Below, in pieces: positions 5,475-12,437 of a stretch of 12,437 nt of DNA. The translations under genes were made by a program, and so were the position numbers. This DNA is from a virus (taxonomy: Duplodnaviria; Heunggongvirae; Uroviricota; Caudoviricetes). Location of the stretch: IMG/VR virus record IMGVR_UViG_2778261632_000004; one strand, written 5' to 3'. Below the pieces are notes generated by a model. That model was not told the DNA's origin. It searched no databases and saw nothing but the letters and a program-made list of their open reading frames with translations. Numbering within the stretch: position 1 is the first letter of the stretch; each line of letters starts with the position of its first letter.

Positions 5475-8143
5475 CAATACAGACGGTTACGCAGATTTCA
5501 GCCGCCGCACGGGGGAAATGGCCCGTTATTCTGCAGATGCTGCGTATTGATGTACCTGAAAACGGCAGGCATGGTCCCTGCCCGAAATGTGGGGGCAAGG
5601 ATCGTTTTCGCCTTGATGACCTTGACGGGCGCGGGACGTGGATCTGCAGCCAGTGTGGCAATGGTGACGGTCTGGATCTGGTTAAGCTCGTAACCGGTTA
5701 CAGCGTCAGAAAGGCTGCGCAGGAGGTGGCGCAGGTGCTTAATGTGCCGGATGTGCAGGAACTGCCTGTTAAGCCTGCCAGACAAAAAGCCCCTAAACGC
5801 GACATGGGTCTTACCGTGGCGGCGCTGATGAAAGAGAGCCACACGGGAGAAAGCGCCTATCTGACAGGAAAAGGGTTCGCCGGATACCCGGCCTCTCTGA
5901 CCGGAAGCGTGCAGCATATCAGCGGTAAGGATTTTCCTGCCGGTTCCCTGCTGTTACCACTCACGACCAACACCGGAGCCGTGACCGGTGCACAGCTTAT
6001 CGCCCCGACGGGTGAAAAAAGCATACTGCCCGGCAGCACGATGAAAGGCGCGTTTGTGTCGCTCAGCCCGTTACCGTCTGAACCACCGATACAGGTGGTG
6101 ATTACCGAAGGTTACGCTACGGCGCTGACGGTAAGCCAGCTCACTGCCGGATGCGTAGTGGCTGCCATATCTGCGGGCAACCTGCCCAATGTGGCGCAGT
6201 CGCTGCGGGCACGCTGGCCTGAGGTAAAAATTATCATCGCCGGTGATAACGATTTTCAGGATGGGGAGGAGAATCCCGGCAGAGCCTTTGCTGAACGGGC
6301 GGCAAAAGTTGTTGGCGGCTGGATGACGCTGCCACCAGGAGAGATTAAGGCTGACTGGAATGACTTTCATCGGGAGCACGGTATTACCCGTGCCCGTGAA
6401 GCCTTTCGCAACGGTCTGGTACTGTGCGGGGAAGGCCGCACGCAACTGCCGCACGGGTTCCGTCTTACCCAGGAATATCTCTGGTATGAAAAGCAGGTAC
6501 AGCGCAACGGTGAGACGGAGATCCAGAACGTCAAAATATGCAGCCCGCTGCGCGTGACGGCAATCACCTGCGATGCCGATGGCGGTAACTTCGGACGACT
6601 GCTGGAATGGGAAGATACGTGGGGTGAGCGTCGCCGCTGGGCGATGCCGATGGAAATGCTGAGCGGCAGTGGTGAGGAACTGCGCCGGGTACTGCTGGTT
6701 AACGGGCTGTCTTATATCAGCACCACCGGTGAGGCACGCGCACGCCTGATGGAATATATCTCACTGTGTAAACCGGAACGCCGCGTGACCTGCGTCAGCC
6801 GTACTGGCTGGCATGGTCAGGTTTACGTCCTGCAGGATGAGGTCAGCGGTGAAGGTGCAGAGGGTGTCATTCTCCAGACCACTTCCGTGCAGGGGCGTGA
6901 TTTCCGCGTGTCGGGCACAACAGAGGAATGGCGGGAGAACGTATCCCGCTACTGTACCGGCAACTCCCGCGTGGCATTTGCTGTCAGCCTGGCCTTTGCT
7001 GCACCACTGTTACGGCTGGTTGGTATGGACGGCGGCGGCTACCACCTCAAAGGGGAATCGACAGACGGTAAGACCACCACCATGAAAGCGGCAACCTCCG
7101 TCTGCGGCGGGCCTGACTACTGGCAGACATGGCGGGCCACCGGCAACGCGCTGGAGGGATGCGCCAGCCGCCGCAACGATGCCGCCATGATGCTTGATGA
7201 GATCCGGGAAGTTGACGGACGCGAGGCAGGCAATATCGCCTACATGCTGGCAAACGGTCAGGGCAAGGGCCGTGCCGGTACGGACGGTGAGCTGCGTACC
7301 CGTAAGCAGTGGCGCCTGTTGTTCTTTTCAACTGGCGAGTTGTCTCTGACCGAACATGCGGCAAAGGCCGGTGAGCGTACTTTTGCCGGGATGGAAGTCA
7401 GGATGATCCAGATCCCCAGCGATTCCGGGAAATTTGGCGTTTTTGAGGAGCTGCACGGCTTCGACAGCGGCAAGGCTCTGGCAGAGCATCTTGAATGGGC
7501 CACGTCCTGCTACTACGGTTCGCCGTTCCGGGAGTGGCTGAAAGCACTGACCGCTGATCTTAACGGACTAACGGCACAGGCAAAATCGCTGATGAAGGAA
7601 TATGCTGCCGCCCTGACTCCGAAAGATGCAGGCAACCAGGTGGGCCGGGCTGTGAATCGCTTTGCACTGGTGGCGATGGCGGGTGAACTGGCAACCCGTC
7701 TGGGTATCACCGGCTGGCCTGAGGGTGAAGCACTGCGGGCAACCCGCGTCTGCCTGAACGCATGGCTGAAAGATCGCGGGCACACCGCCAATCAGGAAGA
7801 TATTGCCGCACTGGAGCAGGTTCGTAGTTTCTTTACCGCGAATCAGTACAGCCGCTTTGCAGACTGGTATGACGAGCGCAACCGCCCCGGCAATATGGTG
7901 GGCTGGCGCAGGGTGGAGAAAGGCAGTACCGCGCAGGGCACGGAAGCTGTCACTACGTTCTATGTCATGCCGTCCGGCTGGAAAGAAATCTGCAGGGGAT
8001 TTGACCCGCGCAAGGTGGCTCGTCTGTGCGCAGATCGTGGATACCTGCTGCCCTCCACTGATGGCAAACTCCAGACAACCATTCGCCCGCCAGAGATGAA
8101 TCCCCGCAGGCTCTATGTCTTCAACAGCGAGGTGCCGGGTTAA
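5471..8143 (+). CDS. P4 alpha-like primase-helicase: N-terminal zinc ribbon, toprim primase domain, C-terminal P-loop NTPase (DUF927-type)
   Basis: 890 aa. Cys4 zinc-binding motif CPKCGG...CSQCG. Toprim signature residues in VVITEGYATAL (E) and IIIAGDNDF (DxD). Walker A GESTDGKTT and Walker B-like MMLDEI. Confidence 0.9.
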   Translation: MTIQTVTQISAAARGKWPVILQMLRIDVPENGRHGPCPKCGGKDRFRLDDLDGRGTWICSQCGNGDGLDLVKLVTGYSVRKAAQEVAQVLNVPDVQELPVKPARQKAPKRDMGLTVAALMKESHTGESAYLTGKGFAGYPASLTGSVQHISGKDFPAGSLLLPLTTNTGAVTGAQLIAPTGEKSILPGSTMKGAFVSLSPLPSEPPIQVVITEGYATALTVSQLTAGCVVAAISAGNLPNVAQSLRARWPEVKIIIAGDNDFQDGEENPGRAFAERAAKVVGGWMTLPPGEIKADWNDFHREHGITRAREAFRNGLVLCGEGRTQLPHGFRLTQEYLWYEKQVQRNGETEIQNVKICSPLRVTAITCDADGGNFGRLLEWEDTWGERRRWAMPMEMLSGSGEELRRVLLVNGLSYISTTGEARARLMEYISLCKPERRVTCVSRTGWHGQVYVLQDEVSGEGAEGVILQTTSVQGRDFRVSGTTEEWRENVSRYCTGNSRVAFAVSLAFAAPLLRLVGMDGGGYHLKGESTDGKTTTMKAATSVCGGPDYWQTWRATGNALEGCASRRNDAAMMLDEIREVDGREAGNIAYMLANGQGKGRAGTDGELRTRKQWRLLFFSTGELSLTEHAAKAGERTFAGMEVRMIQIPSDSGKFGVFEELHGFDSGKALAEHLEWATSCYYGSPFREWLKALTADLNGLTAQAKSLMKEYAAALTPKDAGNQVGRAVNRFALVAMAGELATRLGITGWPEGEALRATRVCLNAWLKDRGHTANQEDIAALEQVRSFFTANQYSRFADWYDERNRPGNMVGWRRVEKGSTAQGTEAVTTFYVMPSGWKEICRGFDPRKVARLCADRGYLLPSTDGKLQTTIRPPEMNPRRLYVFNSEVPG

Positions 8144-8170
8144 GGCTTTGCGTGAGTCTTATTTATTAAG

Positions 8171-8365
8171 GGTAACAGGTGAAACAGGTGGAACAACCGT
8201 ATTTTACAGGGCTGAACCTGTTCCACCTTCTGAAATAGTGAGGTGGAACAGATGTAACGCCAGCCAATCCGCTGTTCCACCTTGTTACCCGCGATGTTCC
8301 ACCGGTGCAGTGTATATAAGTGCTTTATAAAACAAAGCTGTAACACATGTTTCACCTGTTCCACC
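8171..8365. repeat. Iteron cluster: at least 8 copies of the 9-mer TGTTCCACC/GGTGGAACA (variant TGTTTCACC) in both orientations, plus an AT-rich tract; candidate ori/crr-like replication site
   Basis: Copies at 8178..8186 (variant), 8187..8195, 8219..8227, 8242..8250, 8273..8281, 8295..8303, 8348..8356 (variant), 8357..8365; degenerate GGTAACA/TGTTACC at 8171..8177 and 8283..8289. Arranged as inverted pairs and mirrored tandem pairs. AT-rich tract at 8311..8337. The motif is one base longer than the P4 type I iteron TGTTCACC bound by the alpha protein. Confidence 0.6.
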
Positions 8366-8453
8366 GCATCAGGGACATAAAGCAGACTGAAACTGAGGGC
8401 ATTTTTATCTGGCTGGCTTTCATAGCCACGTCTGAATAACCGCAAGCGCCCGT

Positions 8454-8509
8454 TGTGCCAGCCACCACACACTGAGCACCGATAGTGTGCTTGTGTCAGC
8501 CACGACACA
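8454..8509 (+). promoter_or_regulatory. Candidate Ogr/Delta-dependent late promoter upstream of sid (two TGT-N12-ACA dyads)
   Basis: TGT(8454..8456)-N12-ACA(8469..8471) and TGT(8492..8494)-N12-ACA(8507..8509), within 90 bp upstream of the Sid-like start codon. TGT-N12-ACA is the recognition pattern of P2 Ogr / P4 Delta activators. No good -35, as is typical of activator-dependent late promoters. Confidence 0.35.
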
Positions 8510-8543
8510 ATTGACGTAACGAACCAACCCGACAGGAGAAGCC

Positions 8544-9287
8544 ATGAACAACACCGCAGTGAATAACAACCTTTCCACTTTTCCGGCTGTAACGCAGCGG
8601 GCACTGGAAACCATGAACACAGCCAGAAACGCATGGCTTGAAGCACGTCGTCAGCAGAAAGCGGCAGCGGATAATATTGCGACAATCCGCCAGCGTCGCG
8701 CTGAGATGGAAGCCACGACGAACACACTGAATGAGGAGTGGCGCACGCTGTTTCGTGAAAGTCAGGGCGTGGTTTCAAAGGAAATGAAAAAACTGCGCAC
8801 GGAAATTGCGCTGGGACGAGAAACGCTTGAGGATTTTGATGAGCTGCTGGCGGCTCAGGAAAGCGAAAATGCACTTTTGCCGCAGAAAGCTGCGGAATTA
8901 GCCGGAAAGTATATCCACGCGCATAACATTCTTGTGGATATTCGCGCAAAACAAATCTGGGAAGATTTTATGCAATCGCATGGAAAAGCGCTTATTCAGA
9001 CGCTGAGCCTGCTTAAATCCACAATGGGCCGGGAAGCCAGTGCCGTTGTGGGTGTGGTGAATTCAGTTAATGACCCGGACACAGTGCTGAAAGACTTTAT
9101 TCATAAACATATCACCAGACCGGCTCTGGCTAACGATGCGATGCCTGAACAGGACCCGGTGTTTAAACTGGCGGGAATTGCCCCGGATTATGCGGCGCGT
9201 CTGGATTTCAGTAATCAACTCTCTCCGGCAGCTATGCATAAAATTAAGGTTCGTCAGGAACTTGCTGAGAAGGAGAAAGCAGTATGA
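8544..9287 (+). CDS. Sid-like capsid size-determination (external scaffold) protein, putative
   Basis: 247 aa (P4 Sid is about 244 aa), strongly helical and charged, with a strong AGGAG SD. First gene of a sid-psu-delta-type late operon directly before Psu-like and Ogr/Delta-like genes. Assigned by size, composition and synteny only. Confidence 0.55.
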   Translation: MNNTAVNNNLSTFPAVTQRALETMNTARNAWLEARRQQKAAADNIATIRQRRAEMEATTNTLNEEWRTLFRESQGVVSKEMKKLRTEIALGRETLEDFDELLAAQESENALLPQKAAELAGKYIHAHNILVDIRAKQIWEDFMQSHGKALIQTLSLLKSTMGREASAVVGVVNSVNDPDTVLKDFIHKHITRPALANDAMPEQDPVFKLAGIAPDYAARLDFSNQLSPAAMHKIKVRQELAEKEKAV

Positions 9288-9835
9288 CGGCCCGAGGCAC
9301 GCCTGACCAGGCACTTACCAGTTTTCGGAATGCCCGTATTCTGTGGGCCGGACATAGTGAGAGCCGAAAAGCCGTTGAACAACAGATAGCATCTCTCCTC
9401 GCTGCCACAGAAAAACCAGCAGATTATGCCCGACAGCTCGAATTACTGCGGGAACGTCTGGATGTGCTGAAATGGCAAATTAACTGTGCTGCGCGCGAAT
9501 GCATTTACTCGCAGCATTTACTGATGGAAGCCTGCACAGAAGCCGCTCTCAGCAATTTTATGCAGGCGAATGGAGCAGCCCTGACATCTGCACTGGCTCC
9601 GTTCCTGAAGGGGCGCGGAGGGGTTGACGTTGCGTCCCGTATATTACGCAGTGCTCTGGTTCGCCAGCTGACAATAACACCGCCTGAAATTGCCGGGGAT
9701 TATCGTGAGATCCTGGATGAATCCGGTTTGATGCCTGACCCCGGGATGATTCGTGATTGCCAGGGCTCTTACACCCCGGCACAACATCTGCGTTTTCAGC
9801 AACGCCTGAATGACATTAACGATATACAGGAGTGA
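9284..9835 (+). CDS. Psu-like (polarity suppression / capsid decoration) protein, putative
   Basis: 183 aa (P4 Psu is about 190 aa); AAGGAG SD; ATGA overlap with the Sid-like gene. Assigned by size and synteny between Sid-like and Delta-like genes, not by a recognised motif. Confidence 0.5.
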   Translation: MTARGTPDQALTSFRNARILWAGHSESRKAVEQQIASLLAATEKPADYARQLELLRERLDVLKWQINCAARECIYSQHLLMEACTEAALSNFMQANGAALTSALAPFLKGRGGVDVASRILRSALVRQLTITPPEIAGDYREILDESGLMPDPGMIRDCQGSYTPAQHLRFQQRLNDINDIQE

Positions 9836-9840
9836 TATTA

Positions 9841-10113
9841 ATGGCACTTAAATGTCCGGAATGCGGTACAGTTGCACACGCCAGAACAGCAGCCTATGAA
9901 GCTCCGTCAGTTAAACGCTCGTGGTATCAGTGCCAGAATCTGGAATGTTCCTGCACATTTACGGCACTGGAGAGTGTGGATAAGATAATCATGAAACCCC
10001 GACGCAATGAACAGCTATCAGACAAAGCACAATCCCCGGAAAAACAACAGCAAACACTTAATCGCTATGGCTCCGCGTCAAAACTGTCAAGCCGTCAGCA
10101 GATTCCTGTCTGA
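9841..10113 (+). CDS. Ogr/Delta-family zinc-finger late-gene transcriptional activator
   Basis: CPECGTVAHARTAAYEAPSVKRSWYQCQNLECSCTFTALESV closely parallels P2 Ogr (CPLCQHAAHARTSRY...YHQCQNVNCSATFITYESV): C-x2-C...C-x4-C zinc finger. Start at the ATG at 9841 with AGGAG SD; the supplied ORF begins at an upstream GTG that overlaps the Psu-like stop. Confidence 0.85.
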   Translation: MALKCPECGTVAHARTAAYEAPSVKRSWYQCQNLECSCTFTALESVDKIIMKPRRNEQLSDKAQSPEKQQQTLNRYGSASKLSSRQQIPV

Positions 10114-10134
10114 TTAGAAAGAACGCCCACGTAA

Positions 10135-10160
10135 TCCCGGTCCAGTACCGGGATTTTTTA
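10135..10160 (+). terminator. Rho-independent terminator ending the late operon
   Basis: TCCCGG-TCCAGTA-CCGGGA hairpin followed by TTTTTTAT, 22 nt after the delta stop codon. Confidence 0.6.
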
Positions 10161-10576
10161 TCCCCTTTTCCTGGCTGGCATGAGAGCGAATGAGTGCATG
10201 TCTATGGCGCATGAAAACGCATGAGTCTTATGCACCATTTTTGACGAGAAAACCCTTGTTTGGTGGCTTCTGAGACGATTTATGAGGTGCATGAAAACCA
10301 GTCTGTTAAGCGAAGCGGGCAGGCGGGCGGGGCTGTGCGTGCCGTAGGGTAATTTCGAATAAACTGTAGCAGTGCTATTTGACGTCCAACAACTTAAACA
10401 AAACCATTTTATATCCATTAACAATGGAATCTTAATTAGATTCACGATAATAACATAGGTACATTATTTCAAAAGCAATCTAAAACACTGTATTCAACAG
10501 GGTTGTTGAACAAGTTTCACTCAAAAAAATATTTCACACAATGGAAAAAGCCTTTAATTTTAACAAGTTAATTTAT

Positions 10577-10604
10577 TTGCGTAAGTAAAAAATAAAGATA
10601 TAAT
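10577..10604 (+). promoter_or_regulatory. Putative sigma70 promoter for the cargo operon (-35 TTGCGT 10577..10582, 16-bp spacer, -10 TATAAT 10599..10604)
   Basis: Consensus -10 and near-consensus -35 in an AT-rich leader about 95 bp upstream of the first cargo gene. A perfect inverted repeat TTCAACA-GGG-TGTTGAA at about 10493..10509 lies further upstream. Confidence 0.45.
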
Positions 10605-10698
10605 CATATGTAACTTAGCGCAAAACTTAGGCATTAAAGTGTCTTAAGCAATTTTGAGTTACATTGTCAATATAACAAATTAGACATGGAGTCCTTCA

Positions 10699-11805
10699 AT
10701 GGCCGAATGTATTATCTTAAATATGGATTTAAATGCAAATTGCTGGGTAGTAAGGCCTGGAAGAGATTATGAATTCTTTGGTCATTTTCTCCATGGAAAG
10801 GTTGCAGCAATAGGGCATTTTGACGACTTTATTACTAATGATGGTCCAATAAGTGAAGACGATTTTGAAAGTCTAATGCATGAATATTATGTTGATGCCG
10901 CAAAAAAAGGCTATTCTCAGCAGATCATTAGCGCTAACGTTAACCAAGTTAAAAAATTCCTCTTCAATATGAATGTTGGTGATTTGATTTTCACTATAGG
11001 TTCAGGAGTCGTTGTTGCTGGAATAATAACATCAGACGCTTATTGTTCTGATGAAGTTATCAACTATAATATCGATGACAAAATATCCAAGGATCTTGAT
11101 TTTAAAATTAGACGTGATGTTACATGGGGCCGCTCTTATAACCGTGAAAACATACCTGATGCAGTAAAGCGCTCTTTTAAAGCCAACCAGACTGTTTTTT
11201 CTTCAGCTGAGCATCTGAGATCGATTTATCATTGGTTAAATACCGTATTTATCAGTGACGGAACCGTTTATTCAAGTTCTCGCATAAACCAAGAAGATGA
11301 TATCCATCATTACTCAGTAACTAAATATGCAGAGGTTTTGAATAAATTAGAGGCTTTAGCAACATTAGTTGAAGATAAGTTCAATGAAAATACATTTGAC
11401 TCTTCTATTAGTCTCGATGATATCAAAAAGCAGTTATCTCTTCTCGCCAGCAATGATTTATTAAATCTTACTACTCAGCAATCATTTATGTCCCCTGGTG
11501 ATTACTGGACGGGGTTTACAGGTAAGACCAGGGTTTCCGTAATTGCTTTTACTATCGCTATATGTGAACTTCTCAGTGTAACCCCAACATTTGCAGATCA
11601 GCAAGATATTGAAATAGCAAATCAGATTGCAGTTCCAATTAAGCTAGCTGTACATGAAATAAAGAATGATAATGATATGGAAGTTGTTATCAAAAAACTT
11701 GAACTGGCAATGCCTATGCAGAATAAAAAAGTTATTGAGACTATTAAAAAAATTAGTGATAGTGAATTTCCAGAAGTTGAAGATTCGAATAAAGGTACAA
11801 GATAA
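10699..11805 (+). CDS. Hypothetical protein, 368 aa, no predicted TM segment; cargo gene A in the satellite variable slot
   Basis: AT-rich ORF with GGAG SD 7 nt upstream. The N-terminal about 150 aa is beta-rich (CWVVRPGRDYEFFG..., NMNVGDLIFTIGSGVVVAGIITSDAY..., DFKIRRDVTWG); the C-terminal half is helical. No catalytic motif recognisable by eye. Confidence 0.7.
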   Translation: MAECIILNMDLNANCWVVRPGRDYEFFGHFLHGKVAAIGHFDDFITNDGPISEDDFESLMHEYYVDAAKKGYSQQIISANVNQVKKFLFNMNVGDLIFTIGSGVVVAGIITSDAYCSDEVINYNIDDKISKDLDFKIRRDVTWGRSYNRENIPDAVKRSFKANQTVFSSAEHLRSIYHWLNTVFISDGTVYSSSRINQEDDIHHYSVTKYAEVLNKLEALATLVEDKFNENTFDSSISLDDIKKQLSLLASNDLLNLTTQQSFMSPGDYWTGFTGKTRVSVIAFTIAICELLSVTPTFADQQDIEIANQIAVPIKLAVHEIKNDNDMEVVIKKLELAMPMQNKKVIETIKKISDSEFPEVEDSNKGTR

Positions 11806-12437
11806 TGACGTTAAGAAGCAAAGCTAAATCCTGCGGAATTTTCCTGGGAAAATGCATTTGTTTCCCATTCAAAGAACACCAAGCGACTTATAATATAATT
11901 ATTGCAGTTGTTACTGCCCTAACGTTAGTTTGGGCAGCAATGACATACCACTTGTTGGATCAAAGAGAAAGAGCTAGGACAGAGCTTTATGAAATTAAGG
12001 AAAGAATAAAAAACTCCGAATCAACAACTGTAACCTTAAACACTGTATTCACTTCAGACACTGATAATGGATACTACATCTACCCAACAGTAACTATAAA
12101 AAATGTTGGTAAGGAAAAAGTTTCTTTATTCTTAGATGACGATGCATTAACAATAAAGAGAGTATATTTAAAAAATGATAAAATAATTGCTAAGGAATCC
12201 TATACGCCAAATTTCTATGAAACCATATCATCTGACCCATCAATTAAAAATACAAGATTTCGAATAATGGAAATTCCGGTTGATGGGGAAAGAAAAATTC
12301 CATATGCCGTAAAGGTAGATAGTAAGGGTGTGTATTATATAACATTTTCAGCTAAACCGTATGATAAAAAGTCTGAGCGAAAAATAAAAAACCATGAGTT
12401 AGTATGGTTTGCAGCAGAATACAAGGACATCAGATAG
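11805..12437 (+). CDS. Hypothetical membrane-anchored protein, 210 aa, single N-terminal TM helix; cargo gene B
   Basis: Start overlaps the gene A stop (TAATG). Hydrophobic segment IIIAVVTALTLVWAAMTY after a short basic N-terminus, then a beta-rich domain. The stop codon coincides with the last 3 nt of the window. Confidence 0.7.
   Translation: MTLRSKAKSCGIFLGKCICFPFKEHQATYNIIIAVVTALTLVWAAMTYHLLDQRERARTELYEIKERIKNSESTTVTLNTVFTSDTDNGYYIYPTVTIKNVGKEKVSLFLDDDALTIKRVYLKNDKIIAKESYTPNFYETISSDPSIKNTRFRIMEIPVDGERKIPYAVKVDSKGVYYITFSAKPYDKKSERKIKNHELVWFAAEYKDIR

Larger units (their letters stand above)
1198..12437 (+). mobile_element. P4-like phage satellite / integrative element at argW (left part; right end and attR lie outside the window)
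   Basis: Starts at the tRNA 3' end and contains, in order, a P4-type tyrosine integrase, AlpA/Vis-like regulator, Kil/Icd-like ORF, primase-helicase, iterons, Sid-like, Psu-like and Ogr/Delta ORFs. GC-rich core flanked by AT-rich cargo. The left boundary is approximate because the att core cannot be defined without attR. Confidence 0.8.

Noticed and set aside
5275-7791. Multiple minus-strand and alternative-frame ORFs inside the primase and neighbouring genes (e.g. 5275..5661, 6071..6454, 7047..7364, 7513..7791)
   Set aside because: Typical antisense or off-frame ORFs of GC-rich coding DNA, with Arg/Pro/Ser-rich translations; the plus-strand primase frame has clear domain motifs.
8171-8365. 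Possible CRISPR array suggested by the short repeats
   Set aside because: Repeats are only 9 bp, occur in both orientations with irregular short spacers, and no cas genes are present. The pattern fits iterons, not CRISPR.
8140-8949. 269-aa minus-strand ORF
   Set aside because: It spans the iteron cluster and runs antisense to the well-supported Sid-like gene; low-complexity, Cys/Trp-rich translation with no SD. Likely an artefact.
10158-10445. 95-aa minus-strand ORF in the delta-cargo intergenic region
   Set aside because: No SD, overlaps the terminator, and the translation is low-complexity. The region is more plausibly non-coding (see the GCATGA repeat finding).
11506-11529. Walker A-like GFTGKT in cargo protein A
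   Set aside because: Spacing is G-x2-GKT rather than G-x4-GK[ST] and no Walker B follows. Not sufficient to call an NTPase.

Overview
The window runs from the chromosomal yfdC gene and the argW tRNA-Arg(CCU) into a P4-like phage satellite integrated at the tRNA 3' end. The element fills the rest of the window (about 1198 to 12437) and continues beyond it. All calls rest on reading the sequence and the supplied ORF translations; no database search or computation was run. The element carries a recognisable P4-type core, all on the + strand: integrase, AlpA/Vis-like regulator, a Kil/Icd-like small protein, three small hypotheticals, an 890-aa primase-helicase, a nine-copy 9-bp iteron cluster, a Sid-like and a Psu-like protein, and an Ogr/Delta zinc-finger activator. 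One small ribbon-helix-helix-like ORF lies on the - strand. Two AT-rich cargo loci stand out against the GC-richer core. The main candidate for an undescribed system is a two-gene operon at 10699..12437 (a 368-aa soluble protein plus a 210-aa membrane-anchored protein) sitting in the slot where P4-like satellites are reported to carry anti-phage defence systems. The second is an orphan 293-aa gene between int and alpA. Neither cargo locus shows a motif I can name.
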